Source: Malacoraja senta (taxonomy: Eukaryota). From it: 64,000 bases of DNA. The notes beneath the pieces were generated by a model. The model made no database searches. It had not been told where the DNA came from and saw nothing but the letters and a program-made list of their open reading frames with translations. The stretch is from contig CM075999.1 of assembly GCA_038087875.1 (NCBI GenBank), positions 1,428,001-1,492,000 of the forward strand, given 5' to 3'. Position numbers and translations under genes: made by a program. Shown here one piece after another: positions 37,169 to 50,824 of the stretch (positions within the stretch are counted from its first letter, which is position 1; the number at the start of each line of letters is the position of its first letter).

Positions 37169-37574
37169 GTAAACAGCAGGGACAGTGCTCCAGTAATCAG
37201 CTGGCTTTCTTTGGCTCCTGTGTCAAGCCTGCTGCCGTTGTAGCTTGTGTGAAACTGAGGTGGGCGTAGGTTTGTTTCAGTGGTGAATTACGTAGAGGAG
37301 GAGGAGGAGATGTCTAGCTCACTGATTAACACGGAGTTTGAGAGTAGGAGGAGCAGAGCTGCAGTGTTTACAATTAAAGTGACATGACAGCCAAGTTAAA
37401 AAACCCTTCAAAGTCTTCCTTTCCCCACCAAGAGAACATGGTGTCTAGAAAACAATGGGATTAGGACAAACAGCCATGGGTGTGATCCAAATGGAACAAA
37501 GTATAGGAAATACAATGACTGCAAGTCCTAGCTAGAGTATGACAACTCAGAACACTTTTTAACATACAGGGGAA

Positions 37575-37825
37575 GACACAAACCACTGGAGTAGCTCTGC
37601 GGAATCAGGCAGCATCCCAGGAGAACATGGATAGGGAACATTCCAGGTCAGGACCACTCTTCAGACTCCGATGTTTCAGGCCAGGGCCTGTTTTCAGACT
37701 ATGGGTCTGACGAAGGGTCCCAACCCAAAATATCGCCCTATTGATGTTCTCCTGAGATGCTGCCTGATCCACTGAGTGACTCCAGCACTCTGTGTCTCCT
37801 ATTGTAAACCAGCATCTTGCATCTA
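37575..37825. mobile_element. Fold-back Penelope-terminus mini-element
   Basis: Inverted arms; core ATGGGT-CTGACGA-A-GGGT-CCCA-ACCC-AAAA-TATC-GCCC starting at 37701. Confidence 0.75.
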
Positions 37826-38990
37826 CTTTTCCTCATATTTTGAGAAACTAAATTCCATAATCTGTGGAAACTAGTGCCTTGACTGATGAATTGTTGAAGG
37901 TGGCTGAAGATGGCTTCAGCTGCCACTTGGGTCCAATAGGGATAGATATCATTCTCACCACCTAAAGCAAAGCTGCCAGCTTCAGGAAGATGTGTCTTGG
38001 AGAATCACACCATGTACTGGTGCAAGCTCTTGACTGCATAAAGGAGCACTTCAACAAATTTCTGCCGATACACCACTCTAGAATCTTCAGAGTTTTAGTA
38101 ATTACCATAAATTGTACACCATCTATGGAGAGCTCCAAGTATTTCTGAGCAAGGGAAAATATGGACATGTAGAAAGAAACTGCTGAAACTGGTTTACACC
38201 AAAGATAAAGACAAAATGCTGGAGTAACTCAGCAGGTCAGGCAGAATTTCTAGAGAAAATGAAGAGGTGATGTTTCGGGTCGACACCTTCAGAGCCCAGA
38301 TGGGATTCCTCGGATGGTCCAGCAGGGATTCTTTGCCATTTAAACTCCTCAAATTGTTTAAGATTTATTTTTTTTATATGTCACTTTGTTTCACCATTGA
38401 TGATCATGCCTCCAGCAACATGGTAACAAGCACTGGAATTCTTAAAATCTTCCGCTCACACTTTTCAAATCCTTAAAAACCAGCCTCTGTTTCAGCTACT
38501 TTCACATTCCCCATTACCTTTTGTGTCAAGTTTTTACCTGGTGACATTAAAGGGTTATATAAGCGTCCTTGTTTACATGCAAGAACTATTTACAACAAAA
38601 CAAAAAAGGTAATGGGTCTTTTGTCTGGCAAATTCTGTGATTTCTCTCCAAACCCTTGCACTCAAGAGTCACATTGAATATTGTGTCCCACTGTTCATTT
38701 TGTTTTTGAATTAAACCCCAACAAAACCTAAGTTTCAAAGGCTCAAAAACCTCAGCTTCAAACGCACTTCAGCCCATTCCAATTATTCAACAAACTTAAA
38801 AGCTCTACTTGTTTTGAGTGGGGTATCCGGGACAAAAAGCTCGCATATCTCCATGTATTTTAATATGCTTGTATATATCAATTTAGAATCACTTTGAAGC
38901 ACACTTTCTACAGTAGCCAGAAAGATATCGTTATAAAGTCACAGGGAGATACAACATGGAATCATCCTCTTCAGCTCATCAGGTAGTCAT

Positions 38991-39036
38991 TTTACACTAA
39001 TCCTACCATAACACATTTACACTAATCCTACCATAA
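38991..39036. repeat. 25-bp-period tandem duplication
   Basis: tttacactaatcctaccataa at 38991 and 39016. Confidence 0.85.
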
Positions 39037-39167
39037 TCCATTTATTCTACTCACGTTCTCCAGGTTCAGTCCTGAGGAAGAGGCGAGAATGCTGAGGCAC
39101 AGGTTGGCTTTTAGTAAATATCAAATTTTAAATATGAGCTACCTATTTGGAGTTTACATGTTCTCCT

Positions 39168-39416
39168 CCAACAGGCACTTTGGCCCATCGAGTCCGCGCC
39201 GACCAGAGATCCCCGGACACTAGCACTATCCTACAAGTTACAATTTTTCCCCAAAGCCAATTAACCGACTCCCTGTACATCTGGAGAAAATCCATGCGGT
39301 TACTGGGAGAACATACAAACTCTGTACAGACACCACCTGCAATCAGGATCAAACCCAGGTCTCTGGCGACATAAGGTTCAACTCTACACTCTACCGCTGT
39401 GCCACCATGTTGTCCC
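39168..39416 (-). mobile_element. tRNA-derived SINE (HE1/V-SINE-like), internally deleted
   Basis: Reverse complement of the SINE consensus. Confidence 0.8.
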
Positions 39417-39854
39417 AATTATGCGGGTCTTGGTTCCATCCACATCCAAAAAATGTGCAGGTCAATGCAAGTTAATTTGTGAGTGATAAATGTCCCACCC
39501 GGATATGTCGAGTTTTAGAATGGGGAGAATAAAATGGGTTAGGGTAGGATAAGTGTAAAAATGAGCACTTGATGGTCAGTAAGGAGTCAGTGGGCTGAAG
39601 GACCTGTTTCTGTGATGTCTCTCTCAATGACTCCATGATTATTCCCCTGTTATGCTATGTTGTTACATCTGCCTATTAAGAATAAACATTTATTTTTGAG
39701 TTTGAACATCCCCAGTATCTTAGCAGTGACAACAAAATGCAGCACCTGGTGTTCACATCGTCCTCTGTAGGCAGACGATACTAGGTTAACTTGACATCAT
39801 GTTTAAGATGGGCATTGTGAGACAAATGGCCTGCTCCTGTCCTGTGGTGCTGAA

Positions 39855-40052
39855 GGAAAGAACTGCAGATGCTGGTTTAAAATCGAAGGTAGACACAAAA
39901 TGCTGGAGTAACTCAGCAGGACAGGCAGCGTCTCTGGAGAGAAGGAGTGACGTTTCGGGTCGAGAAGGGTCTCAAGCCGAAACGTCACCCATTCCTTCTC
40001 TCCAAAGATGCTACCTGTCCCGCTGAGTTACTCCAGCATTTTGTGTCTACCT
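39855..40052. mobile_element. Fold-back Penelope-terminus mini-element (near-perfect ~165-nt hairpin 39887-40052)
   Basis: aggtagacacaaaatgctggagtaactcagc... / ...gctgagttactccagcattttgtgtctacct. Confidence 0.85.
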
Positions 40053-42419
40053 GTGATGCTCTATGTTCCATGTTCTAAATGTGTTTATCATGAAGTACAA
40101 ATTTAAGAATTTAAGAAATTAGGAGCTGAAAATACATACGGTACACGATCGGAAAAAAAAGATGCAAACTGTTCTTGCATCAGTTTTTCATGAGGACCAT
40201 AAACTTGTTCCTTTTAGCCATTCGCTTCTTTGAAATGTAAAGTAATGCCTACAAACTACTCGCCATCCTGGCCGTACTACGTGCTACAAGTGAATATAAA
40301 AAAAGGAAGCTCTTTCTATTTCTAGAATCAAAAATATTCATTTTTGATCACATTGATCACTAGATCAATTAATAGAGCAATACAGCATGGAAACAGGTAG
40401 TTTGAACACTCATCCACGACAAGCATCCAACACAGCCATACATTTGTCGACACACCCAACGTCATCAACACCTACACCCAACGCCCCCCTCCCCCCCAGC
40501 ATTGCGTCATCTACAAAGTTGGAAATGTTACATTAATGCACTAATCTAAATCAGCCCACACACTGAACTTTGCAGTTCTCCAGAGTGACTGCCTGCCAAC
40601 TGGAGGAAGGCCTGCTCCTTCCTGCTCTCTGTCTGTTTACCAAGTCTCAATCAGGCATGTACAATATCCTAATCCTATGTGCTTCAATTTTGAACACTAA
40701 CCTCCTGTTTGACTTCATCGAACGCCTTTTGGAATTCCAAGTACATCATTTCCCACTGGTTTCTCCTCATCTATTTTACCAGTTACATCCTCAAAAAAAA
40801 AAAAAAACCCCGTCGATTTGTTGTGCAGGATATCCTTTTCATAAACTGATCTCGTTAATGCTTCCCAAATTATCTATTATTTCATCTTTTATAATAGATT
40901 CTAGTATTTCCTAGCTACTAAAACCCTGTCCTACTGAACCAATGCAATTTCATTTAATTTGCCTTCAAATGCTTCAAACGTTTACTACCATGTCATTATC
41001 AGAATCTCCTCACTTGACTCATTGACTGTTTAGCATTTTGACACTCATAACATAAAAGTATATTTAGATTAAGTTAAGTGACAGTTGGTAGCTCTTCTTA
41101 AGCAGTCCCGTAGAATTTATGATCATAAGGTCATAAGTGATAGGAGTAGAATTAGGCCATTGGGCCCATCAAGTCTACTACATCATTGAATCATGGCTGA
41201 TCTATCTCTCCCTCTTAACCCCATTCTCCTGCCTTCTCCCCATAACCTCCGACACCTGTACTAATCAAGAATCTATCTATCTGTGCCTTAAAAAATTATC
41301 CCCTGATGATGACTGTCCTAATTGTGGTTTCCTTGGACAAACCTAACACTTGGCTAGCTACAGACCAAAGTGAAGCTTGCACAATTCAATGAAAAAAAAT
41401 AACAGCATCAGCTTTTAAGACGCTTTCTGTACAATTGGAGGTCAATCTACAATTGGGAATCAGAACACTCCAGGTAACTCCTGCATCATTGCCATTTGGG
41501 TTATGGAAATTCGCCCTTACAGAGTTCAAGATTCACGATTCAAGATTCAATTTAATTGTCACATGTACCAATTAAAGTACAGTGAAATTTGAGTTCACAA
41601 ATCACTGTCCAAAAATTTGAGACACTGAATAAAATTTGCTCTCACAGAATTGATGTGAAAGTAAATGGATCAACACAATTTTGTTTTCAACTGCATTTCT
41701 TGATACAATATGATCCGTTAGCAAGGAAGGCACCCCCCTTGATAACATGGCAGTCATCTGCATGTTGACTATGTTGGCAAGTGGTATTACCACTGTTTGG
41801 GTATGACACTAATCAAAACTTGCTATTAAAAAGCACCATTTTGGACAAAGGGACAGAAAGTGCCAGAGTAACTCTGTGTCAGGCAGCATCTAAGGAGAAG
41901 TGGGAAGAAAGAAAGCTTGATGAGAAGAGACATAGGACAAAGTGTGGTAGGTACCATGTGGACACAGGCGAGGAAGGGAGTTTTGAAAGGCAGATGGTTG
42001 GAACAAAGGCCGGAGATTAACGCAGGAGGTATGAGACACAGATGGATTGAAGATTGCAAATACAGCAGCCGGAAGGAGGAAGGAAGGGGGAGGGGGAGGT
42101 GAAAAATAGGTACGAGTCCAGGTAGGGGTTCGTTCGAGGACAACTCAAAATGACTCATAGTTTTTGTAATATGGGAAATATAGCAACTAATTTGGGCATG
42201 GCCAACTCCCACAAACAATAACTTGATAATGAACCTATTGTATCACTGTTCCTGGTTTAGGAAAGTATTAAGCGAACATTTCTGCCCCTTTGTGAGCAAC
42301 ATTAAATATTTCATCTAGAAGATATCACTGCCAACAGCACTCATTCAATCGTGCATTGGGAATAGTAACTTAAAACTTTCTCCTTAGGTAACTGCAGTCA
42401 GTCTTGAACCTCACACATT

Positions 42420-42790
42420 CACAAGTTCAAAAGTGATAGGAGCAGAATGAGGCCATTCGGCCCATCAAGTCTACTCCACCATTCAATCATAGCTGATCTA
42501 TCTTTCCCTCTTAACCCCATTCTCCTCCCTTCTCCCCATAACCTCTGGCAGCCGTACAAACCAAGAATCTATCAATCTCTGCCTTAAAAATATCCATTGA
42601 CTTGACCTCCACAGCCTTCTGTGGCAATGAATTCCACAGATTCACCACTCTCTAAAGAAATTCCTTCTCATCTCCTTCCAAAAGGTATGTCCTTTTATTC
42701 TGAGGCTATGGCCTCTGGTCGTATACTCTCCCACTAGTGGAAACATCCTCTCCACATTCACTCTATCCAGGCCTTTCCCTATTCACACTA
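42420..42790 (-). mobile_element. CR1-clade LINE 3' fragment (a shorter one lies at ~41120-41300)
   Basis: Reverse complement of the 15618-15965 type. Confidence 0.8.
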
Positions 42791-44957
42791 TCCACGCTTT
42801 CACTTGGAATTCACTGACTCCGAGGCGCTCTGAGAAATGGTTGCCTAGTCTCGCCAATGTAGAGAATTTGGCCTTAGTTTGATGCCTAGATTAGCAGCTC
42901 TCAGTTATCATTCAACACCCAGCAATCTGGTGTTTTAGCATTTTAATGTGAACTTGCTTGGTGCAAGCAGCATCTGCGAATTAAACAATCAGATTATAAC
43001 AAATTGGTGTTTTCCACATTTTCAGAATGTCCCAAATACTTGCAATGTAGGAAATACCACAACCAAATTGCAATGTGCAGGGCTGATTATCCTTGACAAG
43101 ATAAGTAATTTCATAATATTTTATGGTTGTGAGATAAATAGTCAAAAGGACACTGGCAGACATCCTCTGGTCTTTAAAACAGTGCTATCAAATCTTTTTT
43201 CAAACAAACAAAATGAGTTGAAACTTCCATTTAGCATCTCCTCTGAAATTAAGCATTTTTGAAGGTTTGTCAAAATGTTGACGACATGGGCTTATTTGAT
43301 TCTGTACTTGGCATTAGGGAGTGGAAATCAATCAAAAAACCCGAATGTTTCCGATTTCTTACAGTCCCCGAAGGACTTGAGTAAACATAAACTGATAAAA
43401 TATCAGGAATGGTCTTCCTCTAAAGTTACCTGCCAACAATTACAATATCAGAGACTGAACTGAAGCCCCCTATTCACTGAGAAAGGCAGAACAGAACAGG
43501 TGCAGTGTCCTTGTAACCCCAATAACTGAACAGTGCAGAGGTTCTGTAGTTCTATTAGAGATTTGGCATTTATTTGATCATGTGAGAAATTGGAGAAATA
43601 AACCAGCAAGTTAAATCAGTTCCTATATCAGAATAACTCCCATATTATGTTCTCCATTAAGTTAAATACTAAAGAAATCTATTTTGATCTGAAATTGTCT
43701 CCATCCATTTCCACCACAGATGCTGTCTGACCCGCTGAGTTCCTCCAGCACTTCATATTTTGTGCAAAATAATTTATTCACTGGAGTGCAACAAATGGAT
43801 AGGATAGGTTTGGATTGATATGGTCCAGATGCAGGCAGGTGGGGCTAGTGTAGATGGGGCATGTTGGTCAGCGTGAGAAAGTTGGGCCGAAGGGCCTGTT
43901 TCCACACTGTATGACTAAATATATTAATTACATACTTCCAATGACAACGGATGCCATTCAACCTGTTTATTCTATGCCTGTTTCCAACAGAATAATCCTT
44001 TTCTTCTTCTGCACCTAATCTACACCAAGAAGTAATTTACCATCGCTAATCGGCCCATTAGTACGTCTTTTGAGATGTGGGAGGAAACCGGAGCAGTCAT
44101 AGGTAAAATTAGCAAACTCAGCACAGAGGTTAGAATGAAACTAGGGTCTGTAAAACCAAGTGTCTTTGTGTGCTAAAAGCATCATTGTATGGAATCCTCA
44201 GATAAGCAAGCAGCAAACAGAAAATGACAAATTGATTAAAAAAAACACTATGTACGCCCGATAAAAGAGGATGCAGCTGCCAATTTATACCAACGTTTCT
44301 TCTCGGCTACATTTTAAATCGCCAATTAGTCTTCATCAGTCCCAACTAAAAAGCAGTCGGGTATTCAGATTTTGAAAATGAGGACTGACTTCAATCAGAC
44401 ATCACATGAAAGACTGCCTGCCCATCAGTGCTTTATCCTTTAACCATTTTCCAGATCAGGTGGAACTGTTGCCAAAACAAATATGTGAATTAGATGAGAA
44501 ACTTTCCTTTCCATCCAGCTTGTGGCAATGCATAGTTTACCCAAATATAATGACAGTTGTACTGGGGGGGGGGAATTAATCAAAAGGATTAAATGACATC
44601 CTTTTCTCACAAGCATTCAGGTTGGCTCGTCCTGTGATCAGTCAAAACTCTCAAAGGTAAACGTGGTTACTGAAATAAAATATTTTTTCATATAAAATAA
44701 ATCGTGACTGCTCAGAACTAGAACACGAGATCTGCCTGGTTCTCATTCCTCAGGGTAATTTTAAGTTAAACGCCCCATTGGAATGTAGTCAAAATTCTGT
44801 GTTACCGGAAAGGCTCTCCGCCCTAAACAATCCAGACACAATCTTATCGCTCGTCCACATGGTCACTATTTCAGGAAGCCCAAAACATGCACTACACAGA
44901 ACCTCAGTGACTGAAGCCATTAGTGTATCGGGTAAAGGAACAGGAAGTAATGAAAGA

Positions 44958-45162
44958 TGGACACAAAAAGCTGGAATAACTCAGCGGGTCAGACAGCATC
45001 TCTGGAGAAAAGAAATAGGCGACATTTCGGGTCGAGACCCTTCTTCAGAAACCCAAAACTTGACCCGAAACGTCACCCATTCCTTTCCTCCAGAGATCTG
45101 TCTGACACGCTGTAACTCCAGCTTTTTGTGTCTATCTTCGGTTTAAACCAGTCCCTTCCTAC
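44958..45162. mobile_element. Fold-back Penelope-terminus mini-element with an intact minus-strand hammerhead-like core (45021-45048)
   Basis: Minus strand CTGAAGA A GGGT CTCG ACCC GAAA TGTC; inverted arms. Confidence 0.8.
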
Positions 45163-46041
45163 ACGGGAAGTAAAGGGAGTTCACTGTTATTCTGAAATCA
45201 CCACTGCATAGTTTTTTACTGACCATACTGACCGGCAAACATACCCACAAACAATGCTTGAGTAAACAATTAAAAAGCAGTTGCTTATTCTCCTTACTTT
45301 GGGGGTTGGCTTATGTAAAATTCACAGATGATAGGAGAATGCAAATCCTGTGCAATTGTGAAGCATTTGTTCCAAACCATATGGAGCTCCCACACTGCTT
45401 TTACCAGCGACTCTTGATTTAACATCAATCATTAATAGTACAGCACTTTCTCAGTATGAATTTGGACCTAGCAGCCAAGTGCAAGGGAGGGTGGGCTGTA
45501 GGGACATATGGAGAGGCTCAGACTAAGGCTGAGGGCAAGGAGGTAGGGAAAAATGCCAATGAGGCAGTGTGATGGTGAAAAGAAAGACCAGGGCCAATGC
45601 AGGGTGGGGAATAAGCTGAGGCAGGATGTTGAGGAGAGGGGGAAATGAGGCAGAGTCCAATTGTGATTTTTTTTTAATTTAATTTTTAAAATGGTATATT
45701 ATCTTGAGAGTTATTTAATATGATGACACCTAGATTGCACTGATGGCATATCATACAGATTTATGCCAAAATGTCAGCTCAAAATAGTTTTATTTCTGCA
45801 GCCCTTTACTCCAAATATTCCTCCCTCTTCACCCAAAAGTGTTATACACAGACAACATCAAAGAACTTTACTGGTCAAGAATTTCAAAGATGCTAATTCA
45901 GATCATGTGACAGATTTAGTGTCAATACACTCCAGTATAGGATGGAATATGTAAATGTTCCAGTTACAAGATGCCATTAATCCAGGTGTATTGCAGGCAG
46001 CGACAACAGAAACAGTTGCAGAAGTGGGCAGAAGCTTCTAA

Positions 46042-46519
46042 AGGGGCTGTCCCACTTGGGCGACCTAATTGGCGAGTTTAGAAGAGTTTGAAAAAATAAT
46101 GTAGAAGACCTCCTTCGACAATGTTGAAGACCAGCTTCGACTAGCTATGCCTAACTTCAGGAAAATTGGACACCGAATAATGGAGCGTGAAGACGACCTC
46201 CTTCGACCTCCCTTCGACTATGATGAAGACTATCTACGACTACCTTCAACTAACATTCCGACCTATTACGACCAAACCTACGAGTAAAAAAAGTATTGAT
46301 TTTTTCTATGGCGACCTTTTTTTACACGCGGGCATTTTTTAACATATTGAAAAAACTGCCACGACCTAGCTGAGGCCTCGAGTACGCGGAGACCACTCTC
46401 GAGCATGAAGGAGAGTTACGAAGGCCTCCTACGACCTCGTGTCGACCATGCTGCGAGTACGAGTTGAGGGCAAACTCGCCAGAACTCGCAGATTAGGTCG
46501 CCCAAGTGGGACAGTCCCT
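46042..46519. mobile_element. PIF/Harbinger-like MITE (478 bp)
   Basis: TIR AGGG(G/A)CTGTCCCACTTGGGCGACCTAAT (27/28 identical, extending imperfectly to ~50 bp). TAA on both flanks (46039-46041, 46520-46522). Confidence 0.85.
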
Positions 46520-48987
46520 TAAGATCATCAAGTTCAGGAACTCAGATTCCACCATAAACTGTCTTGTCCTCTCATTCCCAATCATTACCTCATAATTATC
46601 AACTTTAAAAATATCATTACCATCACTTACTCTCAATCTCTCAACTAGCTGGTTAGATCTTGATCTAATTTACTAAAGTCCATTGGAAATTGTGCAGTGG
46701 AACTTACCAGATCACACTAGAAATTTGCAGAACAGGAAATGGCATTAGACACTTACCAACACGATTTTCCATTCCTAGCTACACGTCTCTGTAACCGCAC
46801 TGCAAAAGAGAGAATAGTTATTATACAGCAGGCCTGTTATAGTTCACTATTACACAATGCCAACCTAGGTATTTTGCTTGATAAACAAATTGTGGGTCCA
46901 GTCCAAAGTACCACACTGCACATTACTTGCACTTACCAGCTGTATCTAATCCAAACCAAACAGAAAGTGTAATACTTTAATGCTCTTCTAACTTCTCAGT
47001 GTAGATTTCAACAACAGAACACTTCACTGTTAAAATTATATGAAGAGTTTTACTTAACCAGCCATTATTTTATGCTTTTAGCCAAGGAAGAGTGCTTGGG
47101 CTTGGGTCTTGGGCTCTACCTTTAGTAACACTGCGAGGAGCCACCATAACTGTATTATATACAACTGTTGTCATTGAATTGATAAAACTTTAGCAAGTCT
47201 CAGCATCAATCTTCTTCCTCTGCCAAAAGTTCAATGTATTAAGCCCCATCCACAGGAATTAACAAGGACTTTGATAACATAGGAGGCTTCCATTTGACCC
47301 ACTGATCCTGGGATGATTCTATTAGAGTTATGTACATTATCTGCTGTTTCATGCACCCCTGCAAATGTTCAACTTCAAGACATAATTTAATTCCATTTTG
47401 AAAGCAGCATAGTGCAGTCTCACCAGGATTTAAATAATGGTCGGAACCGCTTGACATTTGTACGCAAATACTCTTGCTGTATCTGCACGTTGACCTTCAT
47501 CGATTCATGTACAAGGACACCTCAGGTAGCTTTGAACATCGTACTATCTACCATGTGGAATCAAAACCCCAGTTTTCTATTTTCATACGAAAGTTAATAG
47601 ATATTTTGTTTATCAATCTCCTTCTTGGATTTATTCAATATCGGACCCACCCATCACATTATATTCCACACACAAACCCATTCATTTAACTGCTCTGCCT
47701 CCCTTTACAATGCACATTGCCACCCACCTTTGTATCACTGGCACACCTGGGATCAATGATAAAATGCTACGATCAGCAGTGCCCTACATCAATTTCTGGC
47801 ATTAGCTCATGAGTCACAGGCTCCTAACTGAAGAAAATGACCCATTTATGCCCAGATTTATACAACACAAAAACAGTTCCTTCAGCCCACGTAGTCCAGG
47901 CGATCCATCAAGTACTAATCCCTTTTTTTAAAAATAAAAACTCTCTTGTATTCTCATTCACCCTCCTATCATCTTATTCACCTGCCACCCACCTACACTT
48001 GCAGCAATTTACAGAAACCATTACCCGATCAACCTGGACATCTTTGGCATGTGATGGGAAACCCGATTATCCAGAGGAAACCCACTGGGTCACTGAGAGA
48101 ACGAGAAGCAAGATGGCGCCGGGTCATGGCAACTCTGTGTGCTCTTTCCGGAGAAGGATCTACTACCATCTGGTACAATTGCTCTGCTCTTCTAAATCCC
48201 TTTTCTACCTGTAAGCACAGCAGCATTTCTAAATATTTTAATGATATTTTCTTTAATATTCTTGGCAGGTCCATCAATCCTACCCCCCTTTGCTCTCTGC
48301 ATTGTATTTTGAACTTATTGTACCTATTATGGCATATCTGATCTGTTTGGATAGCATGCAGACCGACACTTTTCACTGTACATATGACAAGAATAAACTT
48401 AACCCTAAAGACTCCACTAGACAACATTAAACCAAGGTCTAAAAAAAATCCTCTTGACCAATAGCTGACAACCTAGTGCATCCATTCTTTCCACACATAT
48501 CTGTTAACATTTTGGGATGCAGGTAATCGGGTTTGTTTGGCCTTGTGCTTGAAGGAAGGTCATTTCTGGAAAAGTTTTTAAATATTCTGACATTCAAGTA
48601 GAAATCTTGCAAAGCATCACTCACCATTCTCTAGACCTAATGCAAATAGTTAATTGCTGTTAACTGATTCATTACACAGTGATTTTGGTTACAAAAAATA
48701 CACAGAAAGACAATTTTTTTCCACACTATTTCAAGCTAAATACACAGAATTCCAACTATACATGAACGGAATATGTCTGACGTACTCACAGATCATCCTT
48801 TTTGGTCAATTTAAAACATTGGTCTCCACTACATTGGAGAAACCAAACACAGACTGCATTTGGTTTTTATAGAGAATGCCATTCAGTCTGCACAATGATC
48901 CTGAATTTCCAGTTGCCTATTATTTTAATTTTTCATTCCATTCCCATTCTGACCTCTTTGCCCTCGGCCTCCTCCACTTTCCAATGC

Positions 48988-50824
48988 ATGTTTAAAGCAA
49001 ATTTTGATCCTTTACTTAATAAATTAAATACACTAATTAAATTTTGGAAAACGCTCCCGATGTCTTTAATAGGCCGAATAAATGCAATAAAAATGATCTT
49101 CTTACCACAAATTTTATACCTATTTCAATCGATTCCTATATACCTACCAAAGAAGTTTAAAAAAAAACTGGATTCAGACACTACTAATTTTATATGGCAC
49201 TATAAATCACATAGAATACAAAGAACACACTTGAACAAAGCTAAAGTATTAGGGGGCTTAGCACTCCCTAACTTCATGTATTATTATTGGTCAGTAAATA
49301 TTAAAAATATGATTCAACTGATGGACAACTCTGCCCAGCAAGTGGACTGGATTGTAATGGAGAGAGAGGACTGCTCCTCTGGAAACATTGGAGCGATCCT
49401 CCTCTCACCAATGAAACTGAATAACATAAATTATAACAAAAACCCAATTATACATAGTACAATCAGAACTTGGAAACAAATAAAACAAAATTTAAAATTA
49501 AGAAATCTATCGCTGTTATCTCCAATAGTTAATAATCCCTCGTTTAATCCCTCTATTACAGACAAATCTTTTATACAATGGGATAGACTAGGAATAAAAA
49601 CGTTCAGTGACTTGTATGAAACTGGAAAATTATTATCATTCCAACAATTACAAATAAAATATAAACTGGGAAATAATCAATATTTTAAATATTTTCAAAT
49701 ATGTGACTATTTGAAAAAATATACAAAAGATCATTATAATATCCCAGCAGATGTACTGGATGAAGCAATGCAGATAAAAGGTGAATCAGCAAACTTAATA
49801 TCATATTTGTATAATATTATCTTAAATGTAGAAATACCATCTACGGAAGGTATTAGAAGAGACTGGGAACAAGAATTAGCTATTAAAATCTCAAAGGAAA
49901 GGTGGAATGAACATTTACTAAACGTGCATAAATGTTCGATTAATGTAAGACACACTTTAATACAATTTAAAATTTTACATAGATTATATTATTCCAAAAC
50001 TAAAATTAATAAAATGTTCCCAAATGTATCATCTATTTGTGATAAATGTCAATCCCAAGAAGCTACCATAATGCACTCATTCATTTCTTGTACAAAAATC
50101 CAAAAATTTTGGATTGACATTTTTGAAATCTTTACAAAGTTATTTAAAACAAGACTGATACCCAAAGCAGAATGGATTATCTTCGGTATAACGGAAGATG
50201 GTCCAGATCTAAATGTGTTTCAAAAGAAACTAATGGACTATGGGTTAATAACTGGATAAAAGCTAATTCTAAAATTTTGGAAGAAGGCTCCAATACCAAC
50301 TATAAATATGTGGATTTCAAATATGTTTGAAACATTACACCTAGAAGAGATAAGACTCCTCCTAGCAGGTAAACCAGATCACTTCCACCTGACGTGGTCT
50401 GCATTTATAGAATTATTACAAACATAGGGTGCAAAAGTACTTAAAAAAAAATAAAATTTGAGGTCAGGTAAGGGGGGATGATAGTTGAAGAGCTGGTATG
50501 TCCCATTTACGTAATGCTCATAAAAATATTTGTTTCTCTCTTTTTCCTTTCTCTCTTTCTTTCTTTCCTAGGGTCTATTTCTTAACTCTTTTTCTTTTGT
50601 TTTTAATTTTGCTCTTATAGGGTCTTCGTCCTTTTTTGTTGTCACATTTCCTACACTTTCACTTTTTCCTTCACTTTCTTCTTTCTTTCAATCTTTTCCT
50701 TTTCTAGTGTAAAAAATAAATGGAGTACATTAATTGTAAGATATAAATGACAAGTACTAATGTATGTGGTTGTAATGTAATGTACTTCTAATAAAATACA
50801 AATTAAAAAAAAAAAAAAAAAAAA
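48988..50824 (+). mobile_element. 5'-truncated L1-clade LINE (ORF2 C-terminal ~480 aa, 3' UTR, poly-A)
   Basis: W..LPMSLIGRINAIKMIFLPQILYLFQSIPI, GGLALPNF..YYW and the CDKC.......HSFISC zinc knuckle. One premature TAA at 50257-50259, with the frame continuing to TAG at 50427. T-rich UTR, AATAAA at 50790, A20 at 50805-50824. Confidence 0.93.

Noticed and set aside
46700..46940. Cluster of three minus-strand GTAAGT donors, including a possible 9-nt microexon (tttctag|TGTGATCTG|gtaagt)
   Set aside because: In phase 1 it introduces TGA, and nothing else supports it. It cannot be excluded as a UTR exon, but it is not supportable.
48802..48987. N-terminal part of the 485-aa ORF as a real protein start
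   Set aside because: L1 similarity begins only near 48988; the upstream part is chance read-through into flanking DNA.
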